A stretch of 64,000 nt of DNA from Salinivirgaceae bacterium (lineage in GTDB: Bacteria; Bacteroidota; Bacteroidia; Bacteroidales; SZUA-534): positions 40,755-104,754 of the forward strand of contig JAKSOL010000007.1 in NCBI GenBank assembly GCA_024405635.1. The letters are read 5' to 3'. This document shows, in pieces, positions 50,179-59,960 of this stretch. How positions within the stretch are numbered: the stretch's first letter is position 1; each line of letters opens with the position of its first letter. The notes below the pieces were generated by a model. It was not told the DNA's origin, ran no database searches, and was given only the letters and a program-made list of their open reading frames with translations. The position numbers were made by a program, and so were the translations under genes.

Positions 50179-51900
50179 ATGATGAGTGACCTTTTCGAAG
50201 TCCTTAAATGGCTTTTTGTTTTTGTAGGTGCCTTGGGTGTGTTCCTTTATGGAATGAAACTAATGAGCGAGGCAGTACAAAAACTTGCAGGCGATGGAAT
50301 GCGTGGTATTTTGTCGCGAATGACCTCAAAACCATTCAATGGTATTCTAACTGGATTGGTAGTTACAACAGCAACCCAATCGTCGTCGGCAACAACGGTG
50401 ATGGTGGTTAGTTTTGTTAACGCTGGCCTTATTACGTTGGCGGGTGCAATAGGCATCATTATGGGAGCCAATATAGGTTCAACGGTAACATCGTGGATTA
50501 TCTCTATTTTTGGTCTTAAATTTTCACTTTCAGCAATAACACTTCCAATGGTAGCCATTTCGCTACCATTTATTTTTTCGTCAGATGCTAAACGTAAGTC
50601 GTTGGGCGAGTTCCTGATTGGCTTTTCGTTGTTGTTTCTTGGTCTCGATTTTATGACCGACAGTATTCCAGATGTTAGCCAATTTCCTGAAGTACTGAAA
50701 ATTATTGCAAGTTGGTCAAGTCACGGATATTTGTCAATTATATTATTTGCGCTGATTGGTGCAGTGTTTACAATGATAGCGCAAGCATCGTCGGCCATTA
50801 TGGCGGTTACTTTGTTTATGTGTAACAAAGGTTGGATTGGCTTTGATATGGCTGTTGCTTTGGTTATGGGACAAAACATTGGTACAACTATCACAGCAAA
50901 TTTGGCTGCAATGGTTGCAAATGTTACAGCTAAGAAAGCCGCTCGCGCACACTTGATTTTTAATTTGGTGGGTGTCATTCTTTGTTTGGTGGTTTTTTAT
51001 CCATTTATGCATCTACTTGACAATATATCAATGAGCGTGCAAGGCATGTCGCCATACAGTGAGCCAAGTGCAATTCCGTTGACATTGTCGCTTTTCCATA
51101 CAATATTCAATGTGGCAAATACTGTGATTTTGGTTGGGTTTATTCCTCAACTTATCAAGTTGGTAAATGTTTTGGTAAAATCAAATAAAGAGGAGGACGA
51201 AGAGTTCCGCTTGAAATTTATTTCTGGCGGTATGATGAGTACAGCCGAATTGTCGATAGTTGAGACGTTTAAAGAGATTGGTTTTTTTGCTGAACGGGTT
51301 CAGAAAATGTTTGGTTTTGACCAAGAGTTGCTTTATATCGACAACGAAAAAGATCACAACAAGTTGTTGGGTAGAATTGAAAAGTACGAGAAGATTTGTG
51401 ACAACCTAGAGTTGGAGATTGGCAGATACATAAACAAAATATCAGAGGGTAAGTTAAGTGCCGCATCAAAGCAGAAAACCATCTACATTTATCGAGAGGT
51501 GTCGGAGATTGAAAGCATTGGCGATAGTTGCTACAATCTTTCGCGCCACATCAATACAGCATTTTCTGCAAAAGCTCAGTTTACCGATAATCAGCATGCA
51601 AACATAAAGCAAATGTTTAATCTTGTTGATTTTGCATTAAACAACATGGTTACTTTGGTAAAAGACCGAACAAATGCAGAAGCTATAAATAAAGCCTATG
51701 CGCTTGAAAATGAGATAAATGATTTGCGCGCTAAGCTCAAGGCTCAAAATATATCCGATGTGGGCAATCAAGTTTATGATTATCAGCTTGGAGTGTGGTA
51801 TTTGGATATTATCACTGAGTGCGAAAAAATAGGCGATTACATAATAAATGTGATTGAGGCTCGGACTGAAACTAGTAGGAAAACAGTTTCTCAAATATAA
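50179..51900 (+). CDS. Na/Pi cotransporter family protein with PhoU-like C-terminal domain
   Basis: 573 aa with duplicated QSSSAT/QASSA motifs and a helical C-terminal domain. Confidence 0.85.
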   Translation: MMSDLFEVLKWLFVFVGALGVFLYGMKLMSEAVQKLAGDGMRGILSRMTSKPFNGILTGLVVTTATQSSSATTVMVVSFVNAGLITLAGAIGIIMGANIGSTVTSWIISIFGLKFSLSAITLPMVAISLPFIFSSDAKRKSLGEFLIGFSLLFLGLDFMTDSIPDVSQFPEVLKIIASWSSHGYLSIILFALIGAVFTMIAQASSAIMAVTLFMCNKGWIGFDMAVALVMGQNIGTTITANLAAMVANVTAKKAARAHLIFNLVGVILCLVVFYPFMHLLDNISMSVQGMSPYSEPSAIPLTLSLFHTIFNVANTVILVGFIPQLIKLVNVLVKSNKEEDEEFRLKFISGGMMSTAELSIVETFKEIGFFAERVQKMFGFDQELLYIDNEKDHNKLLGRIEKYEKICDNLELEIGRYINKISEGKLSAASKQKTIYIYREVSEIESIGDSCYNLSRHINTAFSAKAQFTDNQHANIKQMFNLVDFALNNMVTLVKDRTNAEAINKAYALENEINDLRAKLKAQNISDVGNQVYDYQLGVWYLDIITECEKIGDYIINVIEARTETSRKTVSQI

Positions 51901-51909
51901 TCAAACATT

Positions 51910-51936
51910 GAACGGGCTTCGGTCCGTTCTTTTTTT
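51910..51936 (+). terminator. rho-independent terminator
   Basis: GAACGG-GCTTCGGT-CCGTTC followed by T7. Confidence 0.8.
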
Positions 51937-51946
51937 AAGCAATTGT

Positions 51947-53218
51947 ATGGGTAGCGGATTGTTGCGATTTAGGTTGATTTTGATGAATTTCCTCGAATTT
52001 GCAATTTGGGGTGCATATTTAACTTGTATGGGAACCTATTTGGCATCGCATAATTTAGCGGCCAACATTGGAGTGTTTTATTCCATTCAAGGTGTGGTTT
52101 CTATTTTTATGCCAGCATTAATGGGCGTTATTGCCGATCGTTGGATTCCTGCACAAAAGACTCTTGGTATTTGTCATATTGTTGCTGGTGTGGCAATGAT
52201 AGGGGCAGGTTACTATGGTGTTATGTCGGGAGAAACGGTTCAGTTTGCTCCTTTGTTTGGTTTGTATGCTTTAGGCGTGGCGTTTTATATGCCAACACTG
52301 GCAATTTCAAATGCAGTAGCTTACAACGCACTTGATAGAGCTGGATTAGATACAATTAAAACTTATCCGCCAATACGAATTTTTGGAACAGTTGGTTTTA
52401 TAGTGTCAATGTTGTTTGTCGATTGGTTTGGATTTCAAAATTCGGCAGCACAGTTTGTTGTTAGTGGGGTGTTGGGAATAGTGCTTGGTGTGTATGCTTT
52501 TACATTGCCACATTGTGATGTTGGTTCTGCAACCGAAAAAAAATCGCTTGTAGAAGTGCTTGGGTTAAATGCTTTTGCATTATTTAAACAGAAAAAGATG
52601 GCGTTGTTTTTCATCTTTTCAATGTTGTTGGGTGTTTCGTTGCAAATAACTAATGGCTTTGCAAATCCATTTCTTGCCAGTTTTGAAGACATATCGCAAT
52701 ATGCCGATACTTTTGGTGTGAAACATGCAAATACACTTATTTCAATATCGCAAGTGTCTGAAACACTTTGTATTTTATTAATACCTTTTTGTTTGCATAG
52801 ATACGGAATAAAGCGGGTGATGCTAATTGCAATGTTTGCATGGGTGTTTCGGTTTGCATTCTTTGGATTAGGAAATCCAGGCAATGGCGTATGGCTATTT
52901 GTTCTATCGTGCATTGTATATGGAGTTGCTTTCGATTTTTTCAATATCAGCGGGTCGTTATTTGTTGATAAGGAAACAAATGTTGAAATACGAGCATCGG
53001 CACAAGGTTTGTTTATGCTTATGACAAATGGCGTTGGTGCAACTATTGGAACGTTAATGGCGCAAATGGTTGTTAATAGGTTTGTGTATTCGCAAACCGA
53101 GCCAATGTTAATATGGCAAGGCTGGCAAACTTCGTGGTATGTTTTTTCAGGATACGCACTTGTTGTGGCAGTGTTGTTTGCACTGATTTTTAAATACAAG
53201 CATCAGCTAGATAAATAA
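51947..53218 (+). CDS. nucleoside permease (NupG/XapB-like MFS)
   Basis: The start is taken at ATG 51947, after the terminator; track ORF 51854 overlaps the upstream gene. The N-terminus LRFRLILMNFLEFAIWGAYLT resembles NupG-family proteins, and there are 12 TM helices. Confidence 0.75.
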   Translation: MGSGLLRFRLILMNFLEFAIWGAYLTCMGTYLASHNLAANIGVFYSIQGVVSIFMPALMGVIADRWIPAQKTLGICHIVAGVAMIGAGYYGVMSGETVQFAPLFGLYALGVAFYMPTLAISNAVAYNALDRAGLDTIKTYPPIRIFGTVGFIVSMLFVDWFGFQNSAAQFVVSGVLGIVLGVYAFTLPHCDVGSATEKKSLVEVLGLNAFALFKQKKMALFFIFSMLLGVSLQITNGFANPFLASFEDISQYADTFGVKHANTLISISQVSETLCILLIPFCLHRYGIKRVMLIAMFAWVFRFAFFGLGNPGNGVWLFVLSCIVYGVAFDFFNISGSLFVDKETNVEIRASAQGLFMLMTNGVGATIGTLMAQMVVNRFVYSQTEPMLIWQGWQTSWYVFSGYALVVAVLFALIFKYKHQLDK

Positions 53219-53233
53219 ATTACAAAAAATCAA

Positions 53234-54190
53234 ATGGTTATGAAACGTATTTCGGTTGGTATTGACATAGGAGGAACCAACACTGCGCTTGGGTTGGTTG
53301 ATGTTGATGGAAATGTTTTGGCTCAAGATTCGGTAAAGACTTGTGCCGATGTGAATGACGAGGTTAAAACAATTGCCGATACTATTAGCAAATTGTTGCA
53401 AAGTATTGAACCTGTTGAAGTTGTGGGTATTGGCATTGGTGCTCCAAATGGTAATTATTATAGTGGATGTATTGAAGGGGCAGCAAATCTGCATTGGAAA
53501 GGCAAAGTTGAACTTGTTAAATTGATGCGTCAGTATATTGATGTTCCTACATTTCTTACAAACGATGCAAATGCTGCAGCAATAGGTGAAATGGTGTATG
53601 GAGCGGCAAAGGGAATGAAAGATTTTATTGTGATAACGCTAGGAACGGGGCTTGGTAGCGGTATTGTTGTTAACGGACGTTTGCTGTATGGTCACGATGG
53701 TTTTGCTGGCGAACTTGGGCATGTTAATGCTATTCGTAATGGGCGAATTTGTGGTTGCGGACGCCGTGGCTGTGTTGAAACGTATGTTTCTGCAACTGGA
53801 GTGGTGCGTACAGCAACAGAACTATTATCGGAAAGTATGGAGCCAAGCGAGTTGCGCAGTATTCCAAACTCAGAACTTACAAGTCTTGCGGTAACACAGG
53901 CGGCTAATCGTGGCGATTCAATAGCTAAGCAAGTATTTGAGCGTACTGGCGAAATTCTTGGTCGTGCGTTGGCTGACGCAATTGCGTTTTCTAGTCCACA
54001 AGCCATTTTCTTGTTTGGAGGATTAGCTGGCGCGGGCGATTTACTATTTGAACCTACACGTCGAAGTTTAGACGAAAATGTACTGAGTATATTTAAAGGG
54101 AAAGCAAAAATATTGCCATCAGGATTAAAATCGAATGCTGCTATATTGGGAGCAAGCGCTCTTGTTTGGGGTGAGCTTAATCAGAATTAA
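53234..54190 (+). CDS. ROK family sugar kinase (glucokinase-like)
   Basis: GIDIGGTNT, the ROK Cys motif CGCGRRGCVETY, and GELGH. Confidence 0.85.
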   Translation: MVMKRISVGIDIGGTNTALGLVDVDGNVLAQDSVKTCADVNDEVKTIADTISKLLQSIEPVEVVGIGIGAPNGNYYSGCIEGAANLHWKGKVELVKLMRQYIDVPTFLTNDANAAAIGEMVYGAAKGMKDFIVITLGTGLGSGIVVNGRLLYGHDGFAGELGHVNAIRNGRICGCGRRGCVETYVSATGVVRTATELLSESMEPSELRSIPNSELTSLAVTQAANRGDSIAKQVFERTGEILGRALADAIAFSSPQAIFLFGGLAGAGDLLFEPTRRSLDENVLSIFKGKAKILPSGLKSNAAILGASALVWGELNQN

Positions 54191-55109
54191 TTTGCTTTTG
54201 AGCTTATATGGTATTAAAGGCTGGCCAACTTGGTTAGCCTTTTTTTTGTTAAATCAAATCTGCATTCTTGAATCAATGTTGTTAAAACGCAAATTTTTGC
54301 ATCCTCCTGCATTGTGAGTTCAATCAATAATCGTCGCCCATGCTGTCAGTAACCTGTGTGTCGAGTTTACGAATTCCCGAAGCAGGATTGTAGGCTAGGC
54401 CACTCTCAAGGCGTTCAAATGAAAGTTAAACTTTGCTTCTGTACAGAAGAATATACGTTCGTTATTCTTCAACTAGAATGTTCAGTGTTGGCTTTTAATC
54501 TGTTTCATTTTTTTTCTAGTTGTTTCGCTGTTGCTCAGTAATGAAGTTTATTGTGCTGATTAATAGTGGATTACTATTGATTTGACCTGCTTTTAACCTT
54601 CTGACGTTTCAATATTTGTTTTTTAGCTTGCAGTGATACGTAAATAATTGATTTTTCAAGTGCTATTGTGGCTTTTTGCGTTTCGAAAGTAGAAAAGTGG
54701 TGTTTGTGAAATTCGGCAATCAGTTTCCTGTTGAAACAAAAGAGTAGAGTAGGAGGCGGTTCAGCTTGAGATGTGATTCTATGCTTTGGTTGAATAGTTA
54801 GCGTTTATTGTTCTTGTTTTGAAGTTTCTTGAAAAGTAACAATTTGTAAGTATTTCGAATTGTAATATAAGGTACAATCTCTATTTTTTACAATCATCAA
54901 TAATTTAGTTTGTTGTGTGTAAAAGTCGCGTAATCAATCATTTACGTCATTTATTTAAAACAAAACAACAAGCAGTTGCGGCAATTAATTAAAATTTGGA
55001 TTGTTTTAGGATTATTTTAAGTCACTAACTAATTAAAAATCAATAATATATACTATTAAAGTTAAATATAAAGTTTAACCCTTAAGGCTAGAATTATAAA
55101 TTTATCTAT

Positions 55110-55180
55110 TTACATTTGTAACAATTCAAAATTTACAAATGTGATATTTTGAAAATTTACAAATGTTACATTTGCAAAAA
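55110..55180 (+). promoter_or_regulatory. cluster of TTTACAAATGT / ACATTTG(T/C)AA(A) inverted motifs, putative promoter/operator of the XRE gene
   Basis: Forward copies are at 55132-55142 and 55156-55166. Inverted copies are at 55112-55121 and 55168-55178. TACATTTG at 55167-55174 fits the TAnnTTTG -7 box, 30 nt before ATG 55204. Confidence 0.45.
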
Positions 55181-55203
55181 AGTAACAACAAAGGTTTTTA
55201 TAA

Positions 55204-55704
55204 ATGGAAATAAGTGAACGAATAAAACGAATGATAACAGCCGAAGGGCTTACATCGTCGCAATTTGCTGACAGGGCTGGCATAGCACGTTCAAATGTGT
55301 CGCACATTTTGTCGGGGCGCAGTGCTCCGGGACTAGAAGCGTTGCAAAAAATGTTAGCAGCTTTTCCTAGATTTAATGCTGAATGGCTGGTTTTAGACAA
55401 GGGACCAATGTATAAAGAACCTCGCCAAACAAGCATTTTCGAAGCAATAGCAGAGGCTACAGGTGAGTCGGTTGACGATTTAACAGTTACAGAACAAGTA
55501 AATAAAACAGAGGTAGAGGAGTCTTCTTCAGTAAATGCTTTGTCGGCCAAAAGAGTTAATGTTGTTAGTTCTGGCAATCAAACTCAGGCTGTTATGTCTG
55601 AATTTGTGGAGCCGTCGTTGCCCATTGAGCATAAAGAACGAGAAATTGAGCGCATTGTGGTGTTTTATAAAGATCATACGTTTACTGAATACATCAATCA
55701 GTAA
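55204..55704 (+). CDS. XRE-family helix-turn-helix protein
   Basis: 166 aa with an N-terminal HTH: LTSSQFADRAGIARSNVSHILSGRSAPGLEALQKML. The antisense track ORF 55110..55577 is rejected. Confidence 0.7.
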   Translation: MEISERIKRMITAEGLTSSQFADRAGIARSNVSHILSGRSAPGLEALQKMLAAFPRFNAEWLVLDKGPMYKEPRQTSIFEAIAEATGESVDDLTVTEQVNKTEVEESSSVNALSAKRVNVVSSGNQTQAVMSEFVEPSLPIEHKEREIERIVVFYKDHTFTEYINQ

Positions 55705-55758
55705 ACAAAAAAAGGCGATCAATTAAGGTCGCCTTTTTTGTTGTCGTAATATCTTGGT

Positions 55759-56688
55759 TTATCCTTTAATTTCAAGCATTGCATCAATCGATTTTTGCGC
55801 CTTTTGGCTCAATTCAGCATTTAGCGAAACTACATTTGTTTCATTTTCAAGCACGTCAAGAACTTTTTCTAGTGTTATTTTCTTCATTTGAGCACAAATT
55901 AGCTTATCGTTCAATGGTATAAACTCTTTTTCTGGGCTGTCTTGCTGAAGTTTATATATAGTTCCTAGTTCTGTAGCTATCACAAACTGTTTTTTGTTTG
56001 AATTTTTTGCATGCTTAACCATTCCAGCGGTTGAGTACATATAAACGTTTTGCATCGATAGCACTTCGTCGTCCCATGAGCATAAGGCTTCTGGATGAAT
56101 CAAAATATCAGCATTAGGAAACTTCTCGGCAGCTTGTTTTATCATATCGGCCGATATTTTATGGTGAACGCAGCAGTTTCCATTCCATAAGTTTAGTTTG
56201 CGTCCTGTTTTTTTCTGAATCCAACCTCCAAGGTTAGCGTCTGGCACAAACAGTATTTCTTTGTCTTTTGGAAGCGACGAAACTACGTTTAGTGCATTTG
56301 CCGATGTGCAACAAACATCAGTGTAAGCTTTAGTTTCGGCTGTAGTGTTTACATAGCTCACAACCAATCCATTAGAATTTGCTTCTTTCCATTTCTTTAG
56401 TTCGTATCCAGTAATCGATTCGGCCAAAGAACAACCAGCAGTAGGATCGGGTATTAGCACTTTTTTATTGGGAGAGATTACAGCTGCAGTTTCTGCCATA
56501 AAGTGAACACCACAAAAAACAATAATACTAGCATTAGTTCTGCCAGCTTCTTGCGACAAGCCTAACGAATCGCCCAGATAATCAGCTATGTCTTGAATTT
56601 CTGGTCGGGTATAATAGTGGGCAAGAATTACGGCGTTTTTTTCGCGTTTAAGTTGCTCAATGCGTTTAATAATCTCTTTGTTGTCCAT
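55759..56688 (-). CDS. nadA: quinolinate synthase
   Basis: NadA-like throughout (ILAHYY, FCGVHFMAETA, CCVHHK). The start is taken at MDNKEII (56688) rather than at the track start 56736. Confidence 0.9.
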   Translation of the reverse strand: MDNKEIIKRIEQLKREKNAVILAHYYTRPEIQDIADYLGDSLGLSQEAGRTNASIIVFCGVHFMAETAAVISPNKKVLIPDPTAGCSLAESITGYELKKWKEANSNGLVVSYVNTTAETKAYTDVCCTSANALNVVSSLPKDKEILFVPDANLGGWIQKKTGRKLNLWNGNCCVHHKISADMIKQAAEKFPNADILIHPEALCSWDDEVLSMQNVYMYSTAGMVKHAKNSNKKQFVIATELGTIYKLQQDSPEKEFIPLNDKLICAQMKKITLEKVLDVLENETNVVSLNAELSQKAQKSIDAMLEIKG

Positions 56689-57123
56689 ATTGTAAATTGT
56701 TGGATTTATTAAGTGCAAATTTGGCAAATTGTGCATAGCTTATCAATAAACTATCTGGGATTTTTTTCGAAAATAAAAAAGAAGTGTAGTCATACTACTA
56801 GGTTAATTCAAGTATATGATTGGTTTTGCGACAGCTTAACGAATGTTTTAAAGTTGTTCTTTTAATAGACAAGTGGCTGTTAGTAAACATAAGTCGATAT
56901 GTTGAAATTGGAGGATATGTGTTTTTATTTTTGTACAAATGCTTGTGGGTTCAATGATTTGTTTAGTTGTAATAAATTGAATAATAGGCGGGTCAATTAT
57001 TGTTTACAAGTGTAAAAATGTTTCAAAACTGCATAAATACAAATGTAAATTACGTAAAGCGATTTATCGTTGAAATATGTAAATTGACATAAACGGGCGT
57101 TTGGTGATTAAGAATAAGGGGAT

Positions 57124-57666
57124 ATGTACTTTCAAATTGATAGAAAAATGTTACAAATTGTAAGAAGGCTTTTTCGCTGCTTTATTTTGGTTTGTATGCT
57201 ATGCGGATGCGTTTCGACGCAAATGGCAACAAGTTCAAAAGATGAAACTAAAGTGTTATCTTCCAAATTTGGAGTTCAATTATCTCAAAAGAAGGATAAC
57301 ATTGCATTATATAGTGAATGTGCATCGTGGATAGGAACTCCATACAAGACTGGTGGAACTTCTCGTAGTGGTGTCGATTGCTCTGGCTTTGTACAAAGTG
57401 TATATAAAAAGGTGTATAACAAGAAGTTAAGTCGCGAATCAATTGAAATGTTGCGTGTAGATTGCAGCAAGATTATGAAAAGCCGCTTGCGCGAAGGCGA
57501 TTTGGTTTTTTTTCATACGGGTAAGAAACGCAAACCAAACCATGTTGGTATTTACTTGAAAGATGGCAAGTTTGTTCATGCTAGTTCTTCAAGAGGCGTT
57601 ATGGTTAGTGATTTGAGTGAAACTTATTTCTTAGACACTTGGCACACGGCTGGTAGAGTTAAATAA
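57124..57666 (+). CDS. NlpC/P60 (C40) family peptidase lipoprotein
   Basis: Lipobox-like LCGC, the catalytic GVDCSGFV motif, and HVGIY. Confidence 0.8.
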   Translation: MYFQIDRKMLQIVRRLFRCFILVCMLCGCVSTQMATSSKDETKVLSSKFGVQLSQKKDNIALYSECASWIGTPYKTGGTSRSGVDCSGFVQSVYKKVYNKKLSRESIEMLRVDCSKIMKSRLREGDLVFFHTGKKRKPNHVGIYLKDGKFVHASSSRGVMVSDLSETYFLDTWHTAGRVK

Positions 57667-58353
57667 ATCTATTTAACATAATGTATTGCGTGAGATTTGT
57701 GCGATTAAATTTTGCTTGTAGAAATAGGAAAGTGGGCTATTTTTTGTAAATGTGTAATGGTTAGCAATTGTGTCTTTTTTCTGATTAATCATTGCGTCTC
57801 AAAATAGTAGGTTTATTTTTAGTGAGTATAATTCTTATTTTACGTAACCAAATTTTGATTCTTGTTGTTTGTCATTAAATCAAATTTTTTGTTGAGCAAT
57901 AAATTTTAGACACGCATATATAAGTATCGGTTTGTTATAATTGTCTGTTAGATTTCAGATTATTTTCATTCTTAACAATTTGTATCTGCAAATGCTACCA
58001 AATTTTTTTTTGGTAATCATTATATATGTATTGGCGCTTTAAATTCCTAACTATTAAAGGCATTTTTCCATTAAAAAATATAATTACCATTTTGTCTTAT
58101 AATTTATATTATGTTAAATAGCATGTTTGAAAAAATGTAGCCTATTCTCAAAAATGTTGCATATAATTAACAGATTATCAAATAAATAGTAATGCGAAAA
58201 ATAAGTCCCGATTGTTGTCGGGACTTTCAAAGCAGATATTTTATTGACTAATTATTTTCAAAAAAACGGAAAGTTGGTTTGTGATAACGTAAACAAAAAA
58301 CCTGTGCTTAGAAACTTTGGCAAATGCCAATTAGTCAATCAAGAACCGAAAGA

Positions 58354-58596
58354 TTATTTTTCGCGAGCTTGACTAACAACCAATTTACGACCTAAAAATT
58401 CGCTGCCAGCTAGTTGGTCAATTGCGTTTTGAGCTGCGGCATTGTCGGTCATTTCAACAAAACCGAATCCTTTGCTGCGTTTTGTTGCTTTGTCAACAAT
58501 GATTTTTGACGATACAACTTCGCCAAATGCGCTGAAAACTTCTTTCAACTGTTCTTCTGTAGCCTTGTAATTTAGGTTACCAACGTAAATGTTCAT
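58354..58596 (-). CDS. RNA-binding protein with RRM domain
   Basis: 80 aa with RNP-2 IYVGNL and RNP-1 KGFGFVEM. Confidence 0.9.
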   Translation of the reverse strand: MNIYVGNLNYKATEEQLKEVFSAFGEVVSSKIIVDKATKRSKGFGFVEMTDNAAAQNAIDQLAGSEFLGRKLVVSQAREK

Positions 58597-58950
58597 AAAA
58601 AATACTAATAAGTTATTAAAATGGTCTAATTGAACTTGTTATGGTTCAATTATTTAGACAAATGTATCATTATTTTAATTCAGAAAAATAAAAATGAAAT
58701 TTTATTTTTATTACATAAACGTAATGTAAATCAATTAGTTACAATTGAATGGTATTTATTATATAAGCCTCTACTCCACTGCTTGTTGTCTTTTTAAAAC
58801 GCACAAAGCTCCTCTTATTTTTAACTCTTGTTAGAACAGATTTACTTAATATTATATGGTGTATTTTGCTCGTACATTGGTGAGTTTTTTGGTCTTTTAA
58901 GTGTTGTGGTATTCAATTCTTTATTACATTTGCGGCCGAATAGAAAAATT

Positions 58951-59001
58951 ATGAACAACACACTACATCATCATCACCATCATTGCAATTCAAGCCGCTA
59001 A
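58951..59001 (+). CDS. his operon leader peptide (16 aa, six consecutive His codons)
   Basis: Hand-translated as ATG AAC AAC ACA CTA CAT CAT CAT CAC CAT CAT TGC AAT TCA AGC CGC TAA = MNNTLHHHHHHCNSSR*. It lies about 100 nt upstream of hisG. Confidence 0.7.
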   Translation: MNNTLHHHHHHCNSSR

Positions 59002-59042
59002 TGCCGCATGAACTGATGATGCTGTAGGTAAAGATAATCCAA

Positions 59043-59068
59043 GGCTCGCAGGAATGCGGGCCTTTTTT
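59043..59068 (+). terminator. attenuator terminator of the his leader
   Basis: GGCTCGC-AGGAAT-GCGGGCC followed by T6. Alternative pairings exist: the His-codon run 58969-58976 with 59014-59021, and 59004-59009 with 59054-59059. Confidence 0.65.
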
Positions 59069-59104
59069 GTTTATGACTGAATAACTATAAAAATATTACG
59101 AATT

Positions 59105-59959
59105 ATGTTACTACGAATTGCTGTACAAGCCAAAGGTCGCTTGTTTGAAGAAACTATGACAATGCTTTCGGAATCAAGCATCAAAATTGAGCAAAGTAAA
59201 CGTACATTGCTAATGCCAGCAAAGAACTTCCCTGTTGAGATTCTTTATTTGCGCGATGATGATATTCCACAAGCAGTTGCAAGTGGTATTGCCGACGTTG
59301 GTATTGTGGGCGAAAATGAATTTGAAGAGCGTGCTGAGGATGCTGAAATTATTAAACGTTTAGATTTCAGTAAGTGTCGTCTTTCTATTGCTATACCAAA
59401 AGAAATTGACTATGATGGTCCACAATGGTTAAATGGCAAAAAGATTGCCACTTCGTACCCTGGTATTTTGCAACGTTTTCTTGATAAAAACGGAGTGAAA
59501 GCTGAAATTCATGTAATTACAGGTTCGGTTGAAATTGCTCCTGGCATTGGTCTTGCCGATTGCATTTTTGACATTGTAAGTTCAGGTAGTACTTTGGTTA
59601 GCAATAACTTAAAGGAAGTTGAAGTTGTAATGAAATCGGAAGCTGTTCTTATTGGAAACAAACAACTTTGTGCTGAAAAACGTGAGATATTGAGCGAATT
59701 GCTATTCCGTTTCGACTCATATAAAAATGCTGAAGGCAAGAAGTATATCATTCTAAATATTCCAAACAATAAGATTCAAGCCGCAACAGAATTGCTTCCA
59801 GGAATGAAATCGCCAACTGTTACCCCACTTGCAACCGAGGGTTGGTCGTCGCTAGCATCGGTTATTGAGGAAAAAACATTTTGGGAAGTTATTGGAAAGC
59901 TAAAAGGACTTGGAGCAGAAGGCATTTTGGTAATGCCTATCGAAAAAATGATTCTTTAA
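59105..59959 (+). CDS. hisG: ATP phosphoribosyltransferase (long form)
   Basis: 284 aa. LRIAVQ.KGRL at the N-terminus and a C-terminal regulatory domain. Confidence 0.9.
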   Translation: MLLRIAVQAKGRLFEETMTMLSESSIKIEQSKRTLLMPAKNFPVEILYLRDDDIPQAVASGIADVGIVGENEFEERAEDAEIIKRLDFSKCRLSIAIPKEIDYDGPQWLNGKKIATSYPGILQRFLDKNGVKAEIHVITGSVEIAPGIGLADCIFDIVSSGSTLVSNNLKEVEVVMKSEAVLIGNKQLCAEKREILSELLFRFDSYKNAEGKKYIILNIPNNKIQAATELLPGMKSPTVTPLATEGWSSLASVIEEKTFWEVIGKLKGLGAEGILVMPIEKMIL

Positions 59960-59960
59960 T

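Noticed and set aside
58966-58983. The CAT CAT CAT CAC CAT CAT run as an engineered His-tag or vector contamination.
   Set aside because: It sits in a 16-codon mini-ORF with alternative hairpins and a terminator directly upstream of hisG. This is the expected geometry of a natural his attenuator.
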